The position numbers were made by a program, and so were the translations under genes. Below the pieces are notes generated by a model. It was not told where the DNA came from. It made no database searches and was given only the letters and a program-made list of their open reading frames with translations. From Planctomycetota bacterium (GTDB lineage: Bacteria > Planctomycetota > PLA2 > JAEUHO01): a stretch of 64,000 nucleotides of DNA. Shown here in pieces: positions 57,005 to 64,000 of the stretch. The stretch lies in contig CBDCTJ010000007.1 in the NCBI GenBank assembly GCA_965222115.1, positions 2,208,001 to 2,272,000 on the forward strand, written 5' to 3'. Every line of letters starts with the position of its first letter. The stretch's first letter is position 1.

Positions 57005-58405
57005 GTGCCACGCATGTTGATCATTGAGGATGAAGTCAATGCTCGCAAGGCTCTAGGAGAAGTATTCTCGACAGAGCATGAAGTCACCTTGGTCGAGGAT
57101 GCAGAAGCGGCGCAGGCGTTCTTGGATGGCGGCGCGCCGGATGTGGTCCTGACGGACGTGGTACTGCCCGGCGACGAAGACGGCCTCGACATTTTGCGAC
57201 GCGTGAAGCGCGACTACCCTTCGTGTCCGGTATTGGTCATGACCGCGTATGGCAGCGTGGGCAAAGCCGTTGACGCCATGCGTGATGGTGCCCACGATTT
57301 CCTTGAAAAGCCGTTGGACCTAAAGCGACTTCGTGCCGTCGTGGCCAGCGCACTCCGGTCGAGCAGCAATGCCCCTACAAGTGAACCGTATCGCAAGGAA
57401 ATCGCTGAGGCAGGCGTGCCGCCCGGATTCGTGGGAGAACACCCGCGCATCAAGGAAATCTTTCGCGTCGTCGCCAAGGCTGCACCAACTAACGCGACGG
57501 TGCTCATTGTGGGCGAGAGCGGAACTGGCAAGGAACTCGTCGCGCGCGCCATACATCACAGCAGTCCACGCACGAAGGGCCCCTACATCAAGGTCAACTG
57601 CGCTGCCTTGCCCGAGAGCTTGTTAGAAGGTGAGCTCTTTGGTCACGTGAAGGGGGCATTTACCGGCGCCATGGCCGATCGGGCGGGCCGCTTCGAAGCG
57701 GCCAGTGGCGGCACGTTGTTCTTGGATGAAGTGGGGGAGATTCCACCCCATACGCAAGTCAAACTTCTCCGCGTGCTGCAAACGCGTGAAGTGGAGCGAT
57801 TGGGCGAAAGCAAGTCGCGTGCGATTGACGTGCGCCTGGTTGCCGCAACAAACGCGGACCTCGACGCCATGGTGAAAAAGGGCACGCTGCGCGAAGACTT
57901 CTACTTTCGACTGAAAGTGATCACCGTGCGCATGCCGGCACTCCGTGAACGTCGCAGCGACATTCCCCTGCTGGTGAATCACTTTGTGTCGATGTATGGC
58001 GAGCGCCACGGGCGCGATGCGATGACGGTTTCCGATGGCGCGATGGACGTCATGACGTCGCATGATTGGCCCGGGAATGTTCGCGAACTCGAGAACACCA
58101 TTGAAGCGGCTGTCGTTTTGGCCGAACGCGAGACGATCACGCCCGATGTGTTGCCCGAAGAGATTGGTGGTGCCCAACGGGTTGAGGATCTACCGACGGG
58201 CGACGTCATCGTGATTCCCGCCGGCACGCCGCTTCCAGACGCCGAACGAACCGTGATTCTCGATACGCTTCGGCGTACCGGCGGCAACAAAACGGCGGCG
58301 GCGCGCATCTTGGGCATCGGCCTGCGCACGCTCTATCGAAAACTCGAACAGTACGAGCAGGATGGTGACACGGGCGCGTCCAAACGCGACGCATCAGCAG
58401 ATTAG
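57005..58405 (+). CDS. NtrC/AtoC-family sigma-54-dependent response regulator
   Basis: Receiver 'LIIEDE...DVVLTD..LPG', 'GESGTGKE', 'GAFTGA', 'WPGNVRELEN', HTH 'GNKTAAARILGIGLRTLYRKL'. Confidence 0.95.
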   Translation: MPRMLIIEDEVNARKALGEVFSTEHEVTLVEDAEAAQAFLDGGAPDVVLTDVVLPGDEDGLDILRRVKRDYPSCPVLVMTAYGSVGKAVDAMRDGAHDFLEKPLDLKRLRAVVASALRSSSNAPTSEPYRKEIAEAGVPPGFVGEHPRIKEIFRVVAKAAPTNATVLIVGESGTGKELVARAIHHSSPRTKGPYIKVNCAALPESLLEGELFGHVKGAFTGAMADRAGRFEAASGGTLFLDEVGEIPPHTQVKLLRVLQTREVERLGESKSRAIDVRLVAATNADLDAMVKKGTLREDFYFRLKVITVRMPALRERRSDIPLLVNHFVSMYGERHGRDAMTVSDGAMDVMTSHDWPGNVRELENTIEAAVVLAERETITPDVLPEEIGGAQRVEDLPTGDVIVIPAGTPLPDAERTVILDTLRRTGGNKTAAARILGIGLRTLYRKLEQYEQDGDTGASKRDASAD

Positions 58406-58478
58406 TATTGTGGCGATGCTTACGACGCGAGTACACGCTATCGTGTTCACGTGGGCGTGACGGTCAAGGGAGCACGGA

Positions 58479-59510
58479 ATGAACTCGAACGCGAAGTGCG
58501 ATGGTTGTCACAAGATAGCAACCGGGCATAACCCCGTACGCATTCTCGGACTCGTGGCGCTTATCGCGATCGTCCACCTAGCGATTCGTGCGTGGGAGCC
58601 CTCTCCGGCACGGGCTGCACACGGTGGCCCACCGAGTTTCTCGACGGTCGTCCAGCAGGCCAACCCCAGCATTGCTCACGTCATCGTTCGTCTTCGCAAC
58701 GAACGTTCACGCAAGTCGCGTGACGATGCCGTGGGGGCCGGCTTTGTCGTGTCATCTGACGGACTTGTTCTCACCAGTCGACATGTCCTCAAAGGGGCGA
58801 AGCAAATTGTCGTTGACCTGCCAGGGCGCGAACCTCAACTGGCTCGCGTTGTTCGCGAAGATGAGGCCTCCGACCTCGCGCTGCTTCGCATCCCATTGCA
58901 AGGTCTCCGTCCCATTGCGATGGGTGATTCCCGCACCCTTCAGGTGGGCGACTGGGTGGTTGCCGCGGGCAGCCCCTACCATCTCAAGCGCTCGTGGAGC
59001 GTGGGCATTGTGAGTGCGTTGGGCCGTACAAACGTTGGGCGTGCTGGAAAGTCTGGTGTGCGTTTCATTCAGACCGACGCCGCCGCCAACCTTGGCAATA
59101 GTGGTGGGCCGCTGCTTGATGCCGATGGGCGCGTCGTTGGTGTCATGACTGCGATCCTCTCGAAATCAAGTGGCCATCAAGGCGTGGCACTGGCGACGCC
59201 CATCAACTATGCACAACGGTTTGTGGGTCGTTCTCTCGGCAGCGTTGTTCGTTCGGCGCCTCATGCCGATCTAGGCTTGAGCCTTCAATCAGTACGCGGC
59301 GGCGTCCTCGTTACCCGCGCGCCCTCAAACTTACGCGCCTACGCGGCTGGCATTCGGAGGGGCGACATTTTGGTCTCGGTTGATGGTCAGGCCGTGCGTC
59401 GGCCAGATGATGTTTATCGCGCTGTCATGATTCACCGCGGCGATGGACTCCTACAGGTCACGTTCCTACGAGATGGGGCCACAGCGGTGGTTTCTATTCC
59501 ACTTCGATAG
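58479..59510 (+). CDS. HtrA/DegS-like trypsin serine protease with one PDZ domain
   Basis: Catalytic triad contexts 'LTSRHV', 'SDLALL', 'QTDAAANLGNSGGPL'; PDZ 'AGIRRGDILVSVDG'; N-terminal TM. Confidence 0.93.
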   Translation: MNSNAKCDGCHKIATGHNPVRILGLVALIAIVHLAIRAWEPSPARAAHGGPPSFSTVVQQANPSIAHVIVRLRNERSRKSRDDAVGAGFVVSSDGLVLTSRHVLKGAKQIVVDLPGREPQLARVVREDEASDLALLRIPLQGLRPIAMGDSRTLQVGDWVVAAGSPYHLKRSWSVGIVSALGRTNVGRAGKSGVRFIQTDAAANLGNSGGPLLDADGRVVGVMTAILSKSSGHQGVALATPINYAQRFVGRSLGSVVRSAPHADLGLSLQSVRGGVLVTRAPSNLRAYAAGIRRGDILVSVDGQAVRRPDDVYRAVMIHRGDGLLQVTFLRDGATAVVSIPLR

Positions 59511-59543
59511 CGTCTCGTCTTTTTTCTTCCTCTCGAGTTCTAC

Positions 59544-59856
59544 CTCACGCAGAGACGCGGAGTACGCAGAGGCGCAGAGGGCATATGTAGAGGAGCGTCT
59601 ACCGCAAGTGTGGTTGGTGTGGGTTGTGGATCGGGTACTGAAGAAGAGGAGGCAGAGGAAGAAGAGAGAGAAGAAGAAGAAGAAGAACGGCGTAAGCGTT
59701 GGGGCGGGGAGCGTCATGAATTTTACGTGCGGAACGTTGCTCGATCCCTACCAGATAGGATGTGCTCATCGCGCAATTGGATATCTCGATCCTAGTCCTG
59801 CCGCCAACGGGTACTTGTGCCCCCTGCGTCTCCATCGCTCTGCGCCCCTGCGTGAG
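59544..59856. repeat. Imperfect ~36-bp inverted repeats (CTCACGCAGRGRCGCRGAG...) enclosing a purine tract; MITE-like
   Basis: Left arm ctcacgcagagacgcggagtacgcagaggcgcagagg (59544-59580); right arm cccctgcgtctccatcgctctgcgcccctgcgtgag (59821-59856); GAA/GAG tract at about 59640-59687. Confidence 0.6.
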
Positions 59857-59998
59857 ATCAAACACCACTGGTAACCACACTCGCGAACCGCACACCAAAA
59901 CGACAAGAACGCGCGCAGCTCATCGCCACGCGCGTTTCCGTTCACCTATACGAATCGGCAAGCCAGCTCGACGAATAGGCTTTGACTACAGGCTCAGA

Positions 59999-60604
59999 CT
60001 AATACGTGCGCAGCACGCCTCGTACGACGCCGCGGATTTCGAGCTTCTGCGGAGGACGCACGAAAATGGGATCCATGGTGCTATTGGCGGGCTGTAGACG
60101 GACGCTGCCGTCGGGTTCTCGGAAGAAACGCTTGAGCGTGGCCTCACCATCGACTACGGCTACAACGATTTCGCCATCGCGAGGTGCGGTGCAGCGTTCG
60201 ACCATGACCAAATCGCCATCGGTGATGTGATCATCGATCATGGAATGGCCAACGACGCGGAGCAAATAGCTCTCTTGGCCTGGCGCAATGGGCAACAGCT
60301 CTTCCATCGTGTAGGGGCGCGCGTCTTCCAGCGCCTCAATCGGTCGGCCCGCTGCGATGCGACCCAACAGTTTGACCGTGGGGTCAGGCAGGTAGTTGCG
60401 ATCGAGAATCTCGATTGAACGCGAGCGCTGTGGAAGTTTGCGAATGGCACCCTTCTTCACCAGCGCGGCCACGTGTTGATGAACCGTGACACGATGAACA
60501 CCTAGCGACTGCCCGATTTCTTCGAGCGTGGGGCTGGTGTGGTTCTCCCTCCGGTAATCCCGAATGAAGTTCATGATCTGCAGTTGCTTCGGCGTGTAGT
60601 TCAT
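59999..60604 (-). CDS. lexA: SOS transcriptional repressor LexA
   Basis: wHTH 'TPKQLQIMNFI...SPTLEEIG...L..KG.I'; cleavage site 'GRIAAG.PIEA'; catalytic 'GHSMID' and 'EATLKRF'; RBS GGAGG before ATG 60604. Confidence 0.96.
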   Translation of the reverse strand: MNYTPKQLQIMNFIRDYRRENHTSPTLEEIGQSLGVHRVTVHQHVAALVKKGAIRKLPQRSRSIEILDRNYLPDPTVKLLGRIAAGRPIEALEDARPYTMEELLPIAPGQESYLLRVVGHSMIDDHITDGDLVMVERCTAPRDGEIVVAVVDGEATLKRFFREPDGSVRLQPANSTMDPIFVRPPQKLEIRGVVRGVLRTY

Positions 60605-61563
60605 GAAATCGCCCTCCCTCGGCCCCATGGGGGACAGACAGAAGCGCCCAGGCGTAATCGCGCTTCATCTGCTACATGTGGCCATGCGATATCACTTGCG
60701 CAATCATGCGGCTTCGTCGCGCCTACACGCGCATCAGCCGAGCGATCGCTCGTGCGTTGACTTAAAAATGGCTGACCGAAAATCGGTCGGCTTTGAAAAT
60801 CCTGCACCCTTCGAAGTCCCTGTTGCGCAGAGCACGCGAACAGGAAATCAAAGGGGCGAAAAACAGAGGGCATCCAAACGCGCATCGCAGTCGAGCCACT
60901 AGCGAGCCCTCGTGCGACGGGTTCCGGTTTGAACAAGACAGCTTCATGAGCAGCAAACCGCCCGACCAGCGGGAGCGTTTGAGAAGGGGCCTTCCTGCCC
61001 TCAACCCTCCGGAATAGCCCCATGACTTTTCCGAAACACCGACGTCCGAAAGCTGCACGTAAGACGTGTGCAAACGAAAACCGGCGGATGAAGGCAACCC
61101 TTCTGCAAACGTTCCAGTGGCCGTGCGGACTCCTACGAAGGCCGCCGTCCCTCAAGGAACTGGATCGGTTGGGCTTTCGGGCCACTTTGCCCTTTGTCTT
61201 TGAAGCATTTGTTTCTGGCCACGAAAACACTTCCGCAGGATGGAAGAAGGAGCACGACATACCTAACAATCCGAGTTCTATCAGTGAATTACATATACTA
61301 ACAACACCTTGAGCCCCGTGGGATCGCCCCTCGAAAAGCCCAGGAAATTCACACTTTTCCGACGCTCTTTCCTGTGTTTTTTCCGAAAATTCACCCCAAA
61401 TACGACCTCGATCGCGCGCAATTGGGTCGAATGGGGCCGGGTCGAATGGGGCCGGGTCGAATGGGGCCGGGTCGAATGGGGCCGGGTCGAATGGGGCCCG
61501 CGCCGCCGCGTGCACCTCCACGACTGAGCACCAATCCGTCACGGCTGAACACGAATCCGTCAT
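60601..61563 (-). CDS. Questionable orphan ORF (320 aa) with (PFDPA)5 repeat, ATGA-coupled at both ends
   Basis: Long open frame with no opposite-strand gene to explain it; no recognisable domain; atypical composition. Confidence 0.25.
   Translation of the reverse strand: MTDSCSAVTDWCSVVEVHAAARAPFDPAPFDPAPFDPAPFDPAPFDPIARDRGRIWGEFSEKTQERASEKCEFPGLFEGRSHGAQGVVSICNSLIELGLLGMSCSFFHPAEVFSWPETNASKTKGKVARKPNRSSSLRDGGLRRSPHGHWNVCRRVAFIRRFSFAHVLRAAFGRRCFGKVMGLFRRVEGRKAPSQTLPLVGRFAAHEAVLFKPEPVARGLASGSTAMRVWMPSVFRPFDFLFACSAQQGLRRVQDFQSRPIFGQPFLSQRTSDRSADARVGATKPHDCASDIAWPHVADEARLRLGASVCPPWGRGRAIS
61424..61498 (+). repeat. 15-bp tandem repeat gggtcgaatggggcc x5
   Basis: Five perfect adjacent copies. 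Confidence 0.95.
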
Positions 61564-62045
61564 GCCAACACCGCCAAGACGAGCAACACTGCCAGGCCCA
61601 ACGCGCCCGCAAACTCTCGCTCCCTCGCTTCAGCACGCCTCACATCACTCCGGCGTGTAGCGGGCTTCCGATCTCGACCCGATCCAGCATAGATTCCAGT
61701 AGTTGCGACAATCGACGCGCTGGGCTCGTCCTTCGCCTCTTCAAGCAGTCCTACCTCTCCCGGTAATGACGAGGTCTCTTCAAGCAGGGCCTCTTCAAGC
61801 GGGGTCTCTTCAAGCAGGGTCTCTTCAAGCAATGACGAGACGGTGCGACAAGTCGGTCTCGCCTGAAACTGAACAGCACGAAACTGAACAGCACGAAACT
61901 GAATCGCCCGGTGCCGAACCGAATGGTGCCGAACCGAATGGTGCCGAACCGAATGGTGCCGAACCGAATGGTGCCGAACCGAACGGCTGTCACACGCAGC
62001 TCGCAAGCACCGCAGCGACTTGGGGTGTTGAAGATCGAACTCCAT
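61560..62045 (-). CDS. Orphan small protein with pentapeptide tandem repeats and C-terminal hydrophobic tail
   Basis: Strong RBS AAAGGAG shortly before ATG 62045; sigma-70-like TTGCGT-N16-TAGTGT upstream; C-terminus 'FAGALGLAVLLVLAVLA'; repeats HHSVR, QFRAV, LEE(T/A)L. Confidence 0.5.
   Translation of the reverse strand: MEFDLQHPKSLRCLRAACDSRSVRHHSVRHHSVRHHSVRHHSVRHRAIQFRAVQFRAVQFQARPTCRTVSSLLEETLLEETPLEEALLEETSSLPGEVGLLEEAKDEPSASIVATTGIYAGSGRDRKPATRRSDVRRAEAREREFAGALGLAVLLVLAVLA
61773..61832 (+). repeat. 15-bp tandem repeat ggtctcttcaagcag x4
   Basis: Four near-identical copies bracketed by aatgacgag (61765-61773 and 61831-61839); a partial extra copy lies near 61735-61748. Confidence 0.92.
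61865..61984 (+). repeat. Adjacent 15-bp tandem repeats gaaactgaacagcac x3 and ggtgccgaaccgaat x5
   Basis: 61865-61909 and 61910-61984, contiguous and in the same 15-bp register. Confidence 0.95.
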
Positions 62046-62183
62046 GGGTGGCTCCTTTGACTACGAAATACACACTAACCTTACAATCGCAGAACGCAAG
62101 TATTTGTTTCGGTTTTTTTCGCCGAGCTTGACTGTAGGGTCTGAAACGCCCATTACTTGGGTCAACGACAGTCTGGAGGGCGC

Positions 62184-64000
62184 GTGCAAAGAGCAGGTTT
62201 CCGCCCTCGTCTTGCGATTCGGCCGTCGAGTGCGTTCCTGCCGGGACTCGCGCTTGTGTCGTTCATCCTGTGGGGTTGTGTGCGCTCGAGTTCGCGCGTC
62301 GTTGAGCATGGGGGGCCTCGAGGACATCCCCTCGATTCGATTGATGTGTCGGGCCGCGAGATGGCGCAAGTGCAGGCGGCTCGCGAGCGACTGCGGGCCC
62401 ACGACACGCGCGGTGCGTTGGATGCACTTGAGGCGCATCGGGGCCTCGATCCTCGCGAACCCGCACGCAGTTGGATGCTGGTTGCGATTTGGGCCGGGAC
62501 GAATCAGCGCCATGTCGCTGAGACGCGAGCTCGCGCCCTTACGCCAGGCCCCATTCGCGACACATTGATTGCGGTCGCATCGGAAGATCCAGCCGCGACA
62601 TTGGACGAATTGTCCGTTCGTGCAAGTGAGCCCCACCCGTGGCGAGACCTCGCCATTGCATTGCTCTACGCCAGTCGCGCTGAGCACGATCACGCTCGCC
62701 GTTTTGCAGATCGCACGCTTTCTCCCTCAGCACCGGCCTTTGTTGTGCACGCTGCGCACCGCGTGTTGGCGCGCGGGCATGCCTTGGATGGAAATCCGAA
62801 AGAGGCGCTGCGTCTCGCCCATCTCGTTTACAGTCAAGACCCAGGCGATACTCGCAATTGCCGCTTACTGGCGGAGCTCTATCGTCGTGGCGGGGATCTC
62901 GAAGCGGCCGTGCGGTATCAAGCGCTGGCCGTCTCTAGCGCGCCGCATCACGAACGGTACGCACGAAAGCTCGCCGAGTTGCTTCGTCGCTATCATGAAG
63001 TGCATGACGGAACGAAGCCCCTGCCCATGGCGCTTGACGTCAATCAACTTTTGCACGTCGCACCGCAAAATCCCGAGCTGCACACGGTTGCGGGCTACAT
63101 CGCACGTGCGCAGCGTCGTTTCATTGTTGCCGAACAACACTTTGAGCAAGCGTTAGCGCGCGGCGCGGTTCCCATACTTGCCGATCGCGATCTTCGTGAA
63201 TTGCACTTTCGTCACGGTCGCTTTGCCGACGGGTTGCGATTGCTTCAACAAGCGCTTCCGCCGGGAACGACAACCGACGTCCATAACATTGTGCGGCCTG
63301 CCTGGGACGCGCTCAATCAATCGGTTCACACTTCATCCGGTTCGCACAATGGAAGCGAGCGACACATTGCTTCATGCTTACTCGCGGTCGGCGCGCTTCG
63401 CGACGCGCGTGCTGTAGCTTCACGGGATCCGTCAAATGTTGATCTCGTAACCAAGATTTCAGCCCATTTGGCATTTGAGCGAAGTTTGCGGGCATTGACA
63501 GAAAGTGACTACCGCAATGCCATTGACGAAGCGCCCGTGCGCGCGTTGGACGAAATTCTGGCAAAGATCCCCGCGCTTATGTGTCGGCATTTGCCACCTG
63601 ACGACCGCTTGTCGCATGCTCAGGTTCGCGCCGGCCTCAACGATGTGCTGCTTATCGGATCGTGGCTCGATCATCGACCGAAGAGTTCGAGCCCATTGGT
63701 TCGTTACTTTCGTCGTTGGAATCGCTATTTGATTTTGGGGCAACGCCAAGGCAGTCCGGTGGAAGCGATTTCGTTTTCCATAGGCTCGATGGTGTGCAAT
63801 CAGAAGATCTGTTCCAACAGGCAGCGACAAGTACACCATGTAGTCGTTGGCTACGATCGTGATATGCGAAGTCTAGTGGCCGCGGACGGCGGCAACCTGG
63901 GCGGCGCGTGTCTACCCGACGGCGTTTGGCTCGATGCGGATGCCACCCGCGAAACGGAAGGTGAAATGCGCCGCGCCATGGTTCGCGATCCCTACGACGC
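62184..64000 (+). CDS. TPR-like lipoprotein (3' truncated by window; absent from ORF track)
   Basis: Manual translation from GTG 62184 (GGAGG upstream) is open to the window end; lipobox 'LALVSFILWGC'; TPR-like 'LLAELYRRGGDLEAAVRYQALAVSSAP' and 'AEQHFEQALARG'. Confidence 0.8.
   Translation, partial: MQRAGFRPRLAIRPSSAFLPGLALVSFILWGCVRSSSRVVEHGGPRGHPLDSIDVSGREMAQVQAARERLRAHDTRGALDALEAHRGLDPREPARSWMLVAIWAGTNQRHVAETRARALTPGPIRDTLIAVASEDPAATLDELSVRASEPHPWRDLAIALLYASRAEHDHARRFADRTLSPSAPAFVVHAAHRVLARGHALDGNPKEALRLAHLVYSQDPGDTRNCRLLAELYRRGGDLEAAVRYQALAVSSAPHHERYARKLAELLRRYHEVHDGTKPLPMALDVNQLLHVAPQNPELHTVAGYIARAQRRFIVAEQHFEQALARGAVPILADRDLRELHFRHGRFADGLRLLQQALPPGTTTDVHNIVRPAWDALNQSVHTSSGSHNGSERHIASCLLAVGALRDARAVASRDPSNVDLVTKISAHLAFERSLRALTESDYRNAIDEAPVRALDEILAKIPALMCRHLPPDDRLSHAQVRAGLNDVLLIGSWLDHRPKSSSPLVRYFRRWNRYLILGQRQGSPVEAISFSIGSMVCNQKICSNRQRQVHHVVVGYDRDMRSLVAADGGNLGGACLPDGVWLDADATRETEGEMRRAMVRDPYD

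Noticed and set aside
59443-59898. Short ORFs with poly-K/E/F/L runs
   Set aside because: Translation artefacts of the GAA/GAG purine tract.
59999-60604. Prophage CI-like repressor
   Set aside because: The N-terminus is a LexA-type winged helix and there are no integrase or phage genes.
60760-61260. tmRNA, RNase P RNA or c-di-GMP riboswitch in the lexA upstream region
   Set aside because: Only partial look-alikes (ggggcgaaaa, gcaaacc) without the remaining conserved elements; an Rfam scan would be needed.
61424-61984. Possible CRISPR array
   Set aside because: Repeats are 15 bp and directly adjacent with no unique spacers; no cas genes in the window.
62044-63862. ORF-track fragments 62044-62568, 62061-62693, 62569-63156 and others
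   Set aside because: They overlap the long open frame 62184-64000, which has a lipobox and TPR pattern.

Overview
This is a GC-rich (roughly 60% by eye) bacterial chromosomal window whose gene content points to Planctomycetota/PVC. The signs are lipoprotein TPR-secretins, exported prenyltransferase-repeat and vWA-like proteins, a PilM-PilN fusion, a sulfatase-TPR protein and FHA proteins; this assignment is inference. About 2-55 kb is dominated by a candidate envelope machine in two blocks. (1) On the minus strand, two paralogous lipoprotein secretins with N-terminal TPRs bracket two large exported TPR-like proteins, one ExbB/TolQ, three ExbD/TolR and a sulfatase-like gene, with no TonB or TonB-dependent receptor. 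(2) On the plus strand, an operon behind a sigma-54-like promoter runs FHA-FHA-TM protein, PilM-PilN fusion, PilO-like protein, large membrane TPR protein and four prepilins. It is followed by a PpiC-type PPIase, scpB, and a PpiD-like protein carrying three GspG-type pseudopilin head modules. A TMTC-like membrane TPR protein, an FHA-GAF sigma-54 activator and prenyltransferase-repeat/vWA-like genes lie between the blocks. No PilB/GspE ATPase, PilC/GspF or prepilin peptidase is visible. Housekeeping genes are an ABC permease (partial), ridA, a HAD hydrolase, a family 4 UDG, rsmE, yidD, rnpA, a two-component pair, an HtrA-like protease and lexA. Upstream of lexA are four different 15-bp tandem arrays inside two ATGA-coupled orphan ORFs. 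No rRNA, tRNA, CRISPR array or transposase was recognised. All calls come from reading motifs by eye; no database search was run.
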